Part shown: positions 25,843-36,303 of the stretch, piece after piece
Position numbering within the stretch: the stretch's first letter is position 1
Layout of the letters: every line of letters starts with the position of its first letter
Source: Coleofasciculus chthonoplastes F2-STO-03
GTDB lineage: Bacteria > Cyanobacteriota > Cyanobacteriia > Cyanobacteriales > Coleofasciculaceae
Direction: 5' to 3'
Assembly: GCA_040222015.1 (NCBI GenBank)
Contig: JAVJWO010000077.1
Location: 1-60,244, forward strand
Length of the DNA stretch: 60,244 nt
Translations under genes and position numbers: made by a program
The notes under the pieces: generated by a model
The model's input: only the letters and a program-made list of their open reading frames with translations
The model's database searches: none
Told to the model about the DNA's origin: nothing

Positions 25843-26213
25843 GTAGTCTTGCGCCCAGTTCAGCGGCAATCGTTGTCAGTTGTCCAATTGTCTATTCTTT
25901 AATTTAACCCACAACAGGGGGGCGCGTCCTCTGTTCAGCTCATATCAGGGGTTGTCAGGGAACAGGGAACGGGCAATGCCTAATTTCTAAGCGTCCATGT
26001 TTTAGCGAGGACGAGAGTGAAATAGATTTAACAGGTTACTCATCCGGATATCTGATCGAGATGATGTAGATGTTAATAAAATTTCATGATTCTTCGTTGT
26101 TACAAAATTGTTGCTAAAGAAACATCTGAATCTTATTCAGTAGATTAAAAACTTAGGGAGTCGTGCCTCATCGACGTTAGAACTGTCTGTATTAAACCTT
26201 CACCCACTCTAAA

Positions 26214-29200
26214 ATGGCTTTTCCTATCTTTTTCGGGCAACAATCTATCACACGGCGAACGCTGGTTAATGTAGCCTTAAGGATTGCTGGAGTTATTGTT
26301 GTATTAACGACGTGGAGTTATTTTCACACCTTATCATTTTTTGAAGCTGAAGCATTGGAACGGGTCAAAAAATATGTGTACGAACGAGGTGAACGGGAAG
26401 GTATTCTCTTCTCTATCGCTGTAGATAATCATACGCTTCTCAAACAAGAATTACTAAAAAACCTAAAAGAACCAGATTATAATTCCTACACTAAATTCAA
26501 TCAACTCTTTGTCGAGTGGTCTGATGGTGTGACTCGCAATCGACCTCAAGATCAGCCCCCGGAAAAGTTTGACACTCTTGAGCAGGCGGGGGTTTATATT
26601 GATGAAAACCTGGTCATTAATGCAGAGGTTCGACAGCGAGTTCTTGCCTTTTACAACCTAACCACAACTTATGGCTCAGTTTGGCATCATCGTTTTATCA
26701 ATACCTACATTACTAGCCCCGACAATATTATCGCCATCTATTGGCCCGGAACGCCCTGGGTGCAACGAGCTTCGACTGAACTTAATCTACAAAACGAGAA
26801 AAAAGCCTATCGTGCTAAAACCCAAGCCAATGCAGAGTCGAATACAGTATGGACAGGACTTTACTACGATCCGCAGGCTCAAGATTGGATTGTTTCTGTG
26901 AAAACACCTGTTAACTTAGACGGTGAACATATTGCCACAATTGGACATGATTTGACTCTGAATCAACTGATGAATCGCATGACTGAGGAGCATACTGAGG
27001 GCGGTTATAATATTCTTTTTAGCGGGGATGGTCATCTCATTGTTCATCCCGATAAAATCGATGAAATCAAACAAAAAAAAGGGCAATTCAATATTCTTGA
27101 ATCCGATGACCCCCACCTTCAGCGTATCTTTCAATTGGTCAAAGGCATAACCCCCGATCAAATCATCATTGAAAATCCTAAAGATAATGAATACTTAGCT
27201 GTCGCCAGAATTGAGGAACCGGATTGGTATTTAGTTACCGTTTTTCCCCAGTCTATCTTAGCCAAACCCGCTCGGGACACAGCCGGCTTTATTCTGGGGT
27301 TAGGAATTGTAGCACTTCTGCTTGAACTGTTAGTCCTCTATTTTGTCCTGCGTCGCCAAGTTACAAATCCCTTAATTGAGTTGATGGGAGCAACGGAACG
27401 AATTGCGGCTGGAGATTTGAATATTCAACTGGATGATACTCGCAAAGATGAGTTAGGACGTTTGGCTAATTTGTTCAATTCAATGGCGGTTAAAGTCTAC
27501 GTCCGTGAACAATTTTTAAAACAAGCCGAATCGGAAGCAAAACGCTTACAAAAAACTGAAGCAGATACCCGCCAGCATGTTGAAAGTATTAATCAAATTC
27601 TCGAAGGTCGCGTTGAAGAAAGAACCGCTCATTTGACGGCTATTATTAATAATTTAGTCGATGGCTTACTGGTTACTGACACTCAAGGAAAAATATCTCA
27701 GTTCAATCCCGCTTTCCTCAGGATGTTAGGGTTAGGAGAACTTGATATTACGGATAAAAAGGGTCAAGATATATTAAACAGCGAGTTAGTGGAATTAGTC
27801 ACCCAAACCCAAAACCATCATCGGGAAGTCTTTACCGCAGAAATTGATCTAGCGGGGGGACGGATTGGTAAAGCTGTAGCCACCGCCATTGATAAAGTAG
27901 CTTTGGCTGATGGTGCAGTTGAGGAGTTTCTGGGCTCAGTTATCCTGATTCGAGATATTACCGTTGAAAAAGAAGTGGATCAGATGAAAACGGATTTTAT
28001 CTCTACCGTTTCCCACGAATTAAGAACCCCACTGACTTCTGTATTGGGATTTACCAAAATTATCAAGAAAAAACTCGAAGATGTCATTTTTCCTCAAATC
28101 CAAACCGACAACAAGAAAATTCAGCGAACTGTTCGCCAAGTCAAAGATAATGTCAAGATTATTGTATCGGAAGGAGAACGGTTAACGGCTTTAATTAATG
28201 ACGTTCTCGATATTGCCAAAATGGAAGCCGGAAAAGTTGATTGGAATATGCAGCCGTTGTTGGTTCACGAGATTATTGAACGGGCAGTCGCGGCGACATC
28301 CTCGTTATTTGAGACTAAACATATTCAATTTCTTAAAAACGTGGAAACTGAGCTTCCAGAAATCTCTGGGGATAAAGATAGACTGATTCAAGTTCTGATT
28401 AATTTAATTTCCAATGCTGTTAAGTTTACTCAAAAAGGAACAATAACCTGCCGAGCGATACAAAGGCATAGTGAAATTATTATTAGTGTTATTGATACAG
28501 GTATGGGCATTGCTCCCGCTGATCAACCTCAAGTCTTTGAAAAATTTAAGCAAGTTGGGGATACGTTAACCGATAAACCGAAAGGAACCGGTCTAGGATT
28601 ACCGATATGTAAGCAAATTGTTGAACATCATGGTGGCAGAATTTGGGTCGAAAGTGAGTTCAAAAAAGGAAGTACATTTTCGTTTACTCTTCCCATTCAT
28701 ACTAATCTACCTGTCCAAGTGAATATGATGGATATGGACACATTAGTTAAGCAGCTTCAAGTAACGGTCACCCCTGACAAATCATCCACGAAAAATACTT
28801 CCAATAAAACAGTACTGGTTGTCGATAATGAAGCCTTAATTCGTCAACTGTTGCGACAAGAACTCGAGTCACGGGGATATCAAGTTCGGGAAGCCAAAGA
28901 TGGTCTAGAAGCGATCGCACTCGTCAAGCAAGAACGACCGGATCTAATCACGCTGGATGTGATGATGCCGGAAATGAATGGTTTTGATGTTGCCGCTGTA
29001 TTAAAAAATGACCCATCAACCATGGACATTCCAATTATTATTTTGTCCATTATTGAAGACCACGAACGAGGATATCGATTAGGAATTGATAAGTATATCA
29101 CTAAACCATTTGAATCGGAACAATTACTTCAGGAAATTGATTCTTTAATTGCTCAAGGAAGTTCTCAAAAGAAAATATTAGTCGTTGATGAAAATATATC

Positions 29201-29453
29201 CACTGTTAGAACCCTGGCTGATGTCCTAACCACCAGAGGATATAATGTGATTGAGGTCTTTGATGGGGAGGATTTTAAGGAAAAAGCTATTTCCGTTAAG
29301 CCGGATATGATTATTGTCAATTCTGAGTTGTCGGAACGATATAATATTGTCAAAACCCTACGCTTTGAAAAGGGACTGGAAAATGTATTTTTTCTCTTAT
29401 TAGCGAATGAAAAAGCAGATGGTAACCATCAGTCTAAAGAAGTTGCTGAATAA
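26214..29453 (+). CDS. Hybrid sensor histidine kinase (TM-Cache-HAMP-PAS-HisKA-HATPase-REC-REC)
   Basis: Two TM helices, HAMP (DELGRLA), SHELRTPL, NLISNAVKF, GTGLGL, REC DLITLDVMMP; second REC degenerate (DMIIVNS). Confidence 0.92.
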   Translation: MAFPIFFGQQSITRRTLVNVALRIAGVIVVLTTWSYFHTLSFFEAEALERVKKYVYERGEREGILFSIAVDNHTLLKQELLKNLKEPDYNSYTKFNQLFVEWSDGVTRNRPQDQPPEKFDTLEQAGVYIDENLVINAEVRQRVLAFYNLTTTYGSVWHHRFINTYITSPDNIIAIYWPGTPWVQRASTELNLQNEKKAYRAKTQANAESNTVWTGLYYDPQAQDWIVSVKTPVNLDGEHIATIGHDLTLNQLMNRMTEEHTEGGYNILFSGDGHLIVHPDKIDEIKQKKGQFNILESDDPHLQRIFQLVKGITPDQIIIENPKDNEYLAVARIEEPDWYLVTVFPQSILAKPARDTAGFILGLGIVALLLELLVLYFVLRRQVTNPLIELMGATERIAAGDLNIQLDDTRKDELGRLANLFNSMAVKVYVREQFLKQAESEAKRLQKTEADTRQHVESINQILEGRVEERTAHLTAIINNLVDGLLVTDTQGKISQFNPAFLRMLGLGELDITDKKGQDILNSELVELVTQTQNHHREVFTAEIDLAGGRIGKAVATAIDKVALADGAVEEFLGSVILIRDITVEKEVDQMKTDFISTVSHELRTPLTSVLGFTKIIKKKLEDVIFPQIQTDNKKIQRTVRQVKDNVKIIVSEGERLTALINDVLDIAKMEAGKVDWNMQPLLVHEIIERAVAATSSLFETKHIQFLKNVETELPEISGDKDRLIQVLINLISNAVKFTQKGTITCRAIQRHSEIIISVIDTGMGIAPADQPQVFEKFKQVGDTLTDKPKGTGLGLPICKQIVEHHGGRIWVESEFKKGSTFSFTLPIHTNLPVQVNMMDMDTLVKQLQVTVTPDKSSTKNTSNKTVLVVDNEALIRQLLRQELESRGYQVREAKDGLEAIALVKQERPDLITLDVMMPEMNGFDVAAVLKNDPSTMDIPIIILSIIEDHERGYRLGIDKYITKPFESEQLLQEIDSLIAQGSSQKKILVVDENISTVRTLADVLTTRGYNVIEVFDGEDFKEKAISVKPDMIIVNSELSERYNIVKTLRFEKGLENVFFLLLANEKADGNHQSKEVAE

Positions 29454-30831
29454 AAAAGATGTTTTATCTCTGATCAAGGAAATGAGTGCGGTGATGGAGA
29501 CACCGATTCTGATTCAGGATACCCAGGGTCGTCTCCTTTTTGGTGAAGAATGTCAAAAGGAACTGGAAAATTATCCAGTAAAGCTGGCTGATGATATTAT
29601 TGGTTGGATCTCAGGGGGTGAAAAAGCCGCATCGTTGGCGTCCCTCCTGAGTTATATTGCCAATAAAGAAATTCAGGAAAAAATGTTGGCGCGGGAAACC
29701 TTGGATAAATATAAAGAAATTAATATGCTTTATAATATATCGGGACGGTTAACTGCTTGCCTTGATCTCAAACAAGTCGCCAACTTAATTATTGATGAAG
29801 CCACCCGATTAATTAAAGCCACCAGTGGTTCACTCATGTTATTAAATCCAGACAAGGGTGAGTTTGAGTTAATCGCCGCTATTGGTCAAGAATATGACCC
29901 AAAAGCGCCCTTGGCATTGGGGAAAGGAATCGCTGGGAATTTAATTTTGACAGGTAAAGCCGAAATTATTAATAATGTGCAGGCAGATATTCGATTTGTC
30001 GAAGGTCAGAATCAAATTTACTCTCTGATTTGCGCTCCTCTGCAAACCAAAGATGGTATCATTGGGGTGATTAATATTAGTCATCAAGAGCCAATTAATT
30101 ATACGGCGGCTGATTTAAAGTTATTGACTGCTTTAGCCTCGCAAGCAGCATCTGCCATTGAAAATGCGATGTTGCATGAACAAAAACTAAAAGAAGAGCG
30201 GATTAAAAGTAATCTCGAACGTTATGTCTCTGCTAAAGTCGTTGAAGCCATCCTTGAAGAAAAAGATGATTTTTCTTTTGAGCCAGCTAAACGAGATATT
30301 ACAATTTTATTTTCAGATATTAGAAATTTTACCACGAAATGTGAGGAATTACCTCCGGAACTAATCGTCGAATACTTGAATGAATATTTTACCCACATGG
30401 TTGATGTAATTTTCAGCAATGGCGGAACTGTCAATAAGTTTGTGGGTGATATGATTGTGGCAATGTTTGGCGCTCCCTCTCGCTTAGTTTACAGTGAGCA
30501 AGGTGCGATTAAAACAGCAATTGAAATGCAAAAGCGGATCAAAACCATTCCGGTTCTTTGGATTCGGCAAAATTTTATTACTGGAATTGGTATCAGTTCA
30601 GGGGAAGTGATTGTGGGAAATGTTGGCTCTCCTCAGCACATGGATTATACTGCTATTGGGGATAAGGTCAATATTGCCTCTCGTCTACAATCTATTGCCA
30701 AAGGAGAACAAATTTTGGTGTGTCGCAGTGTCTATGATGTCACCTATGATCTGTTTGATTTTAAGGAAGTTGGCACTGTGAAAGTTAAGGGAAAGAAAAA
30801 GCCTGTAGATGTATTTGAAGTGGTCTATTAA
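29407..30831 (+). CDS. GAF domain plus class III adenylate/guanylate cyclase
   Basis: GAF (ICAPLQ..IIGVI), ILFSDIRNFT, NKFVGD, DYTAIGDKVNIASRL, VKGK; start may be ATG 29419. Confidence 0.9.
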   Translation: MKKQMVTISLKKLLNKKDVLSLIKEMSAVMETPILIQDTQGRLLFGEECQKELENYPVKLADDIIGWISGGEKAASLASLLSYIANKEIQEKMLARETLDKYKEINMLYNISGRLTACLDLKQVANLIIDEATRLIKATSGSLMLLNPDKGEFELIAAIGQEYDPKAPLALGKGIAGNLILTGKAEIINNVQADIRFVEGQNQIYSLICAPLQTKDGIIGVINISHQEPINYTAADLKLLTALASQAASAIENAMLHEQKLKEERIKSNLERYVSAKVVEAILEEKDDFSFEPAKRDITILFSDIRNFTTKCEELPPELIVEYLNEYFTHMVDVIFSNGGTVNKFVGDMIVAMFGAPSRLVYSEQGAIKTAIEMQKRIKTIPVLWIRQNFITGIGISSGEVIVGNVGSPQHMDYTAIGDKVNIASRLQSIAKGEQILVCRSVYDVTYDLFDFKEVGTVKVKGKKKPVDVFEVVY

Positions 30832-30832
30832 G

Positions 30833-31210
30833 ATGAATAAGAAAGTCTTGATTGTTGATGATGAACCGCATATTCGCCTGTTAATGGCACAAACCTTAGA
30901 GGAACTGGAAGATGAAGGCGTAGAAGTCCTGATTGCGGAAAATGGGGAAGAGGCAATTGAAACCATTAAACTGGAAAAACCGGATTTAGTGTTTCTGGAT
31001 GTGATGATGCCTAAGATGAATGGTTTTGATGTCTGTTATGCCGTTAAAAATAATCTGGATATTAAAGATATCTACATTATTATGTTAACGGCAAAGGGGC
31101 AAGAGTTTGATAAAGAAAAAGGGCAAAAAGTCGGGGCAGATTTGTATATGACTAAGCCGTTTGATCCCGATGAAGTTGTCGAAAAATCCTGGGAAATTCT
31201 GGGATTATGA
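30833..31210 (+). CDS. Single-domain response regulator
   Basis: KVLIVDDE, DLVFLDVMMP, IIMLTAK, YMTKPF. Confidence 0.92.
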   Translation: MNKKVLIVDDEPHIRLLMAQTLEELEDEGVEVLIAENGEEAIETIKLEKPDLVFLDVMMPKMNGFDVCYAVKNNLDIKDIYIIMLTAKGQEFDKEKGQKVGADLYMTKPFDPDEVVEKSWEILGL

Positions 31211-31355
31211 GGGGATAGCATTTCTTACTTTTCACGGGGTCTGGAAAACCTTTCTCCAAACCTCTCTCCTGCAAGGATAGAGGCTTTGAATTCTCTCCCT
31301 TCCCGGCAAAAAAAAAGCGAAGCATCCTTCCGTATACCCGTTAGAATTGAGTCTC

Positions 31356-31488
31356 ATACCAAGTTGCAGTCTAAGGTAGAATTTGTCATGCTGAGCGAAG
31401 TCCTGAGCGAAGCGAAGGAACAGTAGCGAAGCATCTGTCCAGATTCTTCGCTTCGCTCAGCATGACATGATAGAACGCAACTCGGTAT
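31356..31488. mobile_element. 133-bp MITE-like element, copy 2
   Basis: Near-identical to 18960-19093. Confidence 0.8.
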
Positions 31489-31737
31489 CATTCTGGTTTT
31501 GGGTTATGCTATCAAATGTTTCTGCCGACCTATTTAAACCCAAAAGACGAAGATACCAATCGATGTGAATAAGTTCTTGACCTTTTTGTTCATTAGGTTT
31601 TTTTTCGCTGTCGGACAGGTGGTGGAAAGCCAAGTTTTTCTGGGAATGGGGAACAGAATATGCCGAATTAAGCCAGCGTTTAACTGGACATAATAACGTT
31701 TTCTGTTCCCAAAAATTAGGCTAGATTCGCCGTCATT

Positions 31738-33117
31738 TTACTGCTGTGGATTATGGGAAAAAAGAGTCAGAATTAGTGTAATGACTGGGAGTATAGCACA
31801 AGTGTAGAGACCGGGTTGATAGGAACCCAATTGATCCTTAAATACTGCTAATAATGAAGGTCCGATCGCACTCGCGCACACCATACTCATCATCTGAACG
31901 CCAGAAATAGCCCCTAAATGCATTCGACCAAAGAATCTTGGCAAAGCTACCGTGGATAAGGTGCTAAAACAGCCGCCACTTGCACCTAATCCCACAATTG
32001 TCAGTCCCCGTAACCAGCCTATACCCAGGTTTGCGGCACAAGTAAAGCCGATAGCTTGAAACACAATCATGAATAAGAATAGATATTTCAAAGAAACTCG
32101 GTCGGCGCTTAGTCCCATTGAATATCCCACAATAGTGGAGAGAATTGCCATGGGTAAGAACAGAGATACTGCCTGGATTTGCGATAATCCGGCTTCCGCG
32201 CCAATATCAACGATGTGAAAGGTAATCCCGGTAACGACTAAAGCGTGAGAAGATAAGGTTAACGTGACTGCCCAAAAAATTCGGGTACGCAGCGCTTGAG
32301 AACGAGTAAAATCTCGTATCTTGTTCTCACCGAAAGTGTCTCCGGTGGTGGCTGGAGTTGTGGCGTCTCCGTCCATAATCAGACCACATTCTTCCGGGTT
32401 ATCTCGGTAGAACATCCAGCCAAGAAATCCCATGCCAATCCCCACAATCGCTGCCATTGTTACCCAGGTATATCGCCAACCGAAGCCGTTAATCCAGGTA
32501 CTGAGAATTAACGGTGCAATGGAAAAGCTAAAGGAGACAAATACACCAGTTGTACCGGAGACAAACCCACGACGACGGTCAAACCATTTGCCTAAGGTGG
32601 TACGGCTGGTCATTGTCAGCATTCCTTGACCGGAAAAGCGCAGGCTGGTAAAGCCAAGTCCGAGTATTATCAGCGCTATGGCTGAATGATCAAGGGGTAG
32701 TATACTATTGACAAAGATAGCGATGCGATCGCACAAACTCAAATAACAGAGTGTCCCCCCCAGCCACAGCGACGAACCCACCACAATAACTCGTGCGCCA
32801 AAGCGGTCAAGCAACACTCCCCCCATCGGTAATAGTAAACCACTGGTTAAGGTTCCCACCAGGTAAGCATTACTCAATTCCAAACGTGATACACCCGTCG
32901 CCTGTAGCAAATGATCCGTGAAAACGCTCACTCCTACAGTTTGACCCGGAATACTCATAATGATCCCAATCGTGCAAACCACCGCGATAATCCAGCCATA
33001 AAAAAACGGGAAACGGGTGGTGGAGAACGGATAGTTAGGATGTAGTAACCTTATGGGAATCGTTTTATCTGTTGCAGAAATTGAGCCTTTTTCAGCAAAT
33101 TTGGATCGAAATTTCAT
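31738..33117 (-). CDS. MFS transporter
   Basis: About 12 hydrophobic segments, GVLLDRFGAR motif A, PRFFGRMHLGAISG. Confidence 0.88.
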   Translation of the reverse strand: MKFRSKFAEKGSISATDKTIPIRLLHPNYPFSTTRFPFFYGWIIAVVCTIGIIMSIPGQTVGVSVFTDHLLQATGVSRLELSNAYLVGTLTSGLLLPMGGVLLDRFGARVIVVGSSLWLGGTLCYLSLCDRIAIFVNSILPLDHSAIALIILGLGFTSLRFSGQGMLTMTSRTTLGKWFDRRRGFVSGTTGVFVSFSFSIAPLILSTWINGFGWRYTWVTMAAIVGIGMGFLGWMFYRDNPEECGLIMDGDATTPATTGDTFGENKIRDFTRSQALRTRIFWAVTLTLSSHALVVTGITFHIVDIGAEAGLSQIQAVSLFLPMAILSTIVGYSMGLSADRVSLKYLFLFMIVFQAIGFTCAANLGIGWLRGLTIVGLGASGGCFSTLSTVALPRFFGRMHLGAISGVQMMSMVCASAIGPSLLAVFKDQLGSYQPGLYTCAILPVITLILTLFSHNPQQ

Positions 33118-33226
33118 TAAAATGCACCACGTCTTGAGCTTTGCTGTCTACTTTGCCATACTTATTGTTGGTTGGCATCCTTCTATGGCTGCGATTCTCC
33201 ATTGTTTCAGACTGACAGCTTAGATG

Positions 33227-33652
33227 TTATCGCAGCGCTGTACACTTTATTTCCACGATGAGTCCAGGGTCAGACAAGGCGGTGACACCTACTTTTGTCC
33301 AAGTCGGATATTTCTCAATAAAATACCGATCTTTTACTTCCATAAACAGCGACAAATGGGGAATCATTAGTGGTTCTGAAGCTGTAATTAAGTCTGGATT
33401 TGTGACATGATAGGTCACAAGTTCTACAACATTGTCAAAGGTTACGCCTGCGGTTAAAAGAACTTTTTTGACATTTTCAAACGCCTGGACAAACTGTTTT
33501 TCTATTCCCTCAACTACCTGTAACTTTTCGTCGCGACCCACTTGACCGGAGACATAAACTGTATTTCCGATTCTAATACCCGGACAATAGTGATACTTGT
33601 CATAGAGGATTTCCATACCGGTGGGAATAATCACTTCGCGAGTCGCGACCAT
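33227..33652 (-). CDS. RidA/YjgF/YER057c family protein
   Basis: VYVSGQVG, QAFENVKKVL..AG, YPTWT.VGV..L, IVEIKCTA. Confidence 0.88.
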   Translation of the reverse strand: MVATREVIIPTGMEILYDKYHYCPGIRIGNTVYVSGQVGRDEKLQVVEGIEKQFVQAFENVKKVLLTAGVTFDNVVELVTYHVTNPDLITASEPLMIPHLSLFMEVKDRYFIEKYPTWTKVGVTALSDPGLIVEIKCTALR

Positions 33653-34347
33653 AACTCATCTCCTTGTGTAGACAATCATGTCAATACTTTACCTCTAAAC
33701 CTGGGGCTAATCAGGGTAGCTTGATGATTTTAGAGTCAGCCCTCAACTCAAGTTGGGGCTAAAAGCTTAAACCTGTTAAAACGGGTTCAATGATTTACTT
33801 ATACAGAAGGAGGCGAGGGCGTGAGTGGGTGATACAAAGTTGCCGTCTAATGTAGAACTTTCTTTTTCCACCAATTTCCCCATCTCCTTAAGTTGACATA
33901 CATGGGAGGGGTCTTTTCCCTAGTGAGTTAACCAACCGGATCATTTTCTGGTATCCAAGTTAGCCAGATTCGGCTTCAAGAATGTGCCATTCTGGTTAGG
34001 TTATTATTAATTTATATCAGAGTTAAAATTATGATACTGGGAGTTACTGAACTGGGGGGTCAGACCCCTCCCTAACTCTCCCCGGCAGGGGATGATTTGG
34101 TAGCTTGTGCTACAATTAATGGGAAATTATCCCATCAATTTCAATGATTGAATGGGTATGCTAGCATCGGGACATTCTCTTGTATAGCGGCTTGGACTTG
34201 CTCCGTAATAATACGGTGTGAAAAACTGGGTCAGAGTCTGTAAACTGAAGTTATCAGCTATCAAGTGAGATTGAGCATCTTAACTCAATTGTGAGTTAGG
34301 TATAGTGTTAAGGTGATAACCAACAGCGATCCGGCTATTGCGATCGC

Positions 34348-34545
34348 GTACTCTCTAGGCAAAACTCCCAGGTTAGCGGGAGATGCGGGGAAAGTACGGA
34401 ATATCTAGGGTTTCTAGTCACATTTCCCCGCCCAGTCATGTCCTAGACGTGAATCGCACTATGTGATTCACTATGCGATTCGTCTGAGGCGTGTCATGAT
34501 TAAAGGGATAACTTCACACACTGACTCTTCGGAGTAGAGTGTGGG
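34348..34545 (+). ncRNA. Candidate structured leader RNA upstream of FHA gene (loosely c-di-GMP-I/GEMM-like)
   Basis: GGCAAAA-CTCCC/GGGAG stem, 9-bp GCGGGGAAA/TTTCCCCGC stem, CTAGG/CCTAG closure and a downstream C(UUCG)G hairpin. Confidence 0.4.
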
Positions 34546-34598
34546 CTTCTAGAAATAGTAAGCAGAATAAACTAACTATCAAGTTTTGATTTTTAGGG

Positions 34599-35051
34599 GT
34601 GCATCAATTGATTCATAAATCTTTGTCAGGCGTAAATCTTGCTCCAAATGTTGTTACGGTATCACTGCGATCGCCGTCCCATAGTGTACCGATTCAACAA
34701 TGGCATTTTACCGATCAACCGATTATTAAAATAGGGCGCTGTGCGGATAACCATATTGTGCTGCGAAGTTCGGTTGTCTCGCGTTACCATCTGGAATTAC
34801 GGCGTATGGGGAACCGATGGAAATTGATTAACTTTGGTAACAATGGGACGTATAAGGACGGTCAACCGATTACGGAACTGGAGATTCAAAATGAAACGAT
34901 TATTCGACTTGCTCTTTCGGGTCCCCAGTTACAAATTAATCTGAGCGCCACTGTACCAGAACCTTTGTTAAAGTTACTGCGCCATCACGATTCGGGGACG
35001 GGAAATCACCCTCTTCCGGGACGATTACGCACCATGTTGAGCGGAAGTTGA
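34599..35051 (+). CDS. Stand-alone FHA domain protein
   Basis: IKIGRCADNHIVL, VVSRYH and NGTY FHA motifs. Confidence 0.85.
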   Translation: MHQLIHKSLSGVNLAPNVVTVSLRSPSHSVPIQQWHFTDQPIIKIGRCADNHIVLRSSVVSRYHLELRRMGNRWKLINFGNNGTYKDGQPITELEIQNETIIRLALSGPQLQINLSATVPEPLLKLLRHHDSGTGNHPLPGRLRTMLSGS

Positions 35052-35160
35052 ATATCTGTAGGGGTAGGGAGTTGGGGGAGTTGGGGAATTCTCCCTGATA
35101 GAAGAGATTCAGGGGAATTCCTTGCGTAGGGGCTTGGTTACCAAGCCCATATAACGTTTT

Positions 35161-35421
35161 GTTTCAATCCCTGATAGGGATTATAGAGGATTTCGACGCA
35201 AGCAAAAACTCAGGTTAATTCAGGCTTTAAAAAGTTTCAATCCCTGATAGGGATTATAGAGGATTTCGACTTGGGTTCAGCTGCTTCTGCTTCTGCTGCT
35301 GCAGCGTTTCAATCCCTGATAGGGATTATAGAGGATTTCGACTGCAAAATTGGACCCAGCAATGAGATCTCAGTTACAACGCATGTTTCAATCCCTGATA
35401 GGGATTATAGAGGATTTCGAC
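35161..35421 (-). CRISPR. Orphan CRISPR array, 4 identical 37-bp repeats and 3 spacers (36, 35, 42 bp)
   Basis: GTTTCAATCCCTGATAGGGATTATAGAGGATTTCGAC at 35161, 35234, 35306 and 35385; the minus-strand repeat ends ATTGAAAC; no cas genes in the window. Confidence 0.95.
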
Positions 35422-35670
35422 TGCCAACCTCTGAAACGCTTGCTGTATTTGGTTTTCAAGGTTCGATTGCGACAACCTCCTCTAACTATAGCATTTCAGC
35501 CCTCGGTTTTGACAACTCCCGCCCACAAAAAAGCTTCAAATCCTTTCTGAATAAGCCTTTCAGCTATTGCGACAACCCCTTAAATCCAAAAGAGGCGGTA
35601 AACCCTGACTGGATAAGGGATACAACCTAAAATTATGACTCCTCTGAAAAAACACCTACTGGTTGTCGCA
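35422..35670 (-). promoter_or_regulatory. Putative CRISPR leader
   Basis: Non-coding segment on the inferred 5' side of the array with TTGCGACAACC at 35467 and 35567 and inverted GGTTGTCGCA at 35661. Confidence 0.6.
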
Positions 35671-35910
35671 CCAACCCATCAATAGGGACTGCTGAATAAG
35701 TGTTGTAGTGAGGGGGAGCTGAGGAAGCTGAGGAAGCTGAGGAAGCTGGGGAAGTCAATGCTACTCAAAGTATTGGTCGCTCAGGGCTGAAGGGGTGACA
35801 AGCAGCTCAAAATATTTAACTGGCTTGGTCTTGGTTGAAATTGTCTCCCCAGTGTGGAGACAATCTCTAGCTCTGGGAAGGTTGCAGTGAAGCGGACAAA
35901 ACTCATCATT

Positions 35911-36303
35911 TCAGTCCTCATCATTACTGGGCTTGGGTTGGTTTCGACTTCCCTGGAGGGGCTGGTTGAGCGAAGTCGAAACCAGCCCCCTCCGATGCTC
36001 AACCAGCCCCCTCCGATAATGTGACTCATTCTGACATTCTGCCAAAACATGAAGCCGATTCCAATCACTATTCATCAGCGCGATTTTCTTTTTCCGACTC
36101 CAGCCTTGTACCTGTTTTTCTCGATAAAACGCATCTTCTACGCGATCATAATACTCTGCATAAACCAACTTTACAGGTAATCTTTTCTTTGTATGATTTG
36201 CCCCTAAACCATTTTGATGTTGCCATAAACGTCGAGGTAAATCCTTCGTGCTTCCTGTGTAGAAAGAACTGTCAGAACATTCGAGGATATACATATAGGG
36301 CAT
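35911..36303 (-). CDS. Small GIY-YIG nuclease (YhbQ/Ssn-like)
   Basis: YMYILECSDSSFYTGSTKDL.RR..QH..G.GA..T, YREKQVQGWSRKKK; the last ~35 aa are translated repeat DNA. Confidence 0.9.
   Translation of the reverse strand: MPYMYILECSDSSFYTGSTKDLPRRLWQHQNGLGANHTKKRLPVKLVYAEYYDRVEDAFYREKQVQGWSRKKKIALMNSDWNRLHVLAECQNESHYRRGLVEHRRGLVSTSLNQPLQGSRNQPKPSNDED

Noticed and set aside
35271..35630. ORFs of 119 and 66 aa
   Set aside because: They are translations of CRISPR repeats, spacers and leader.
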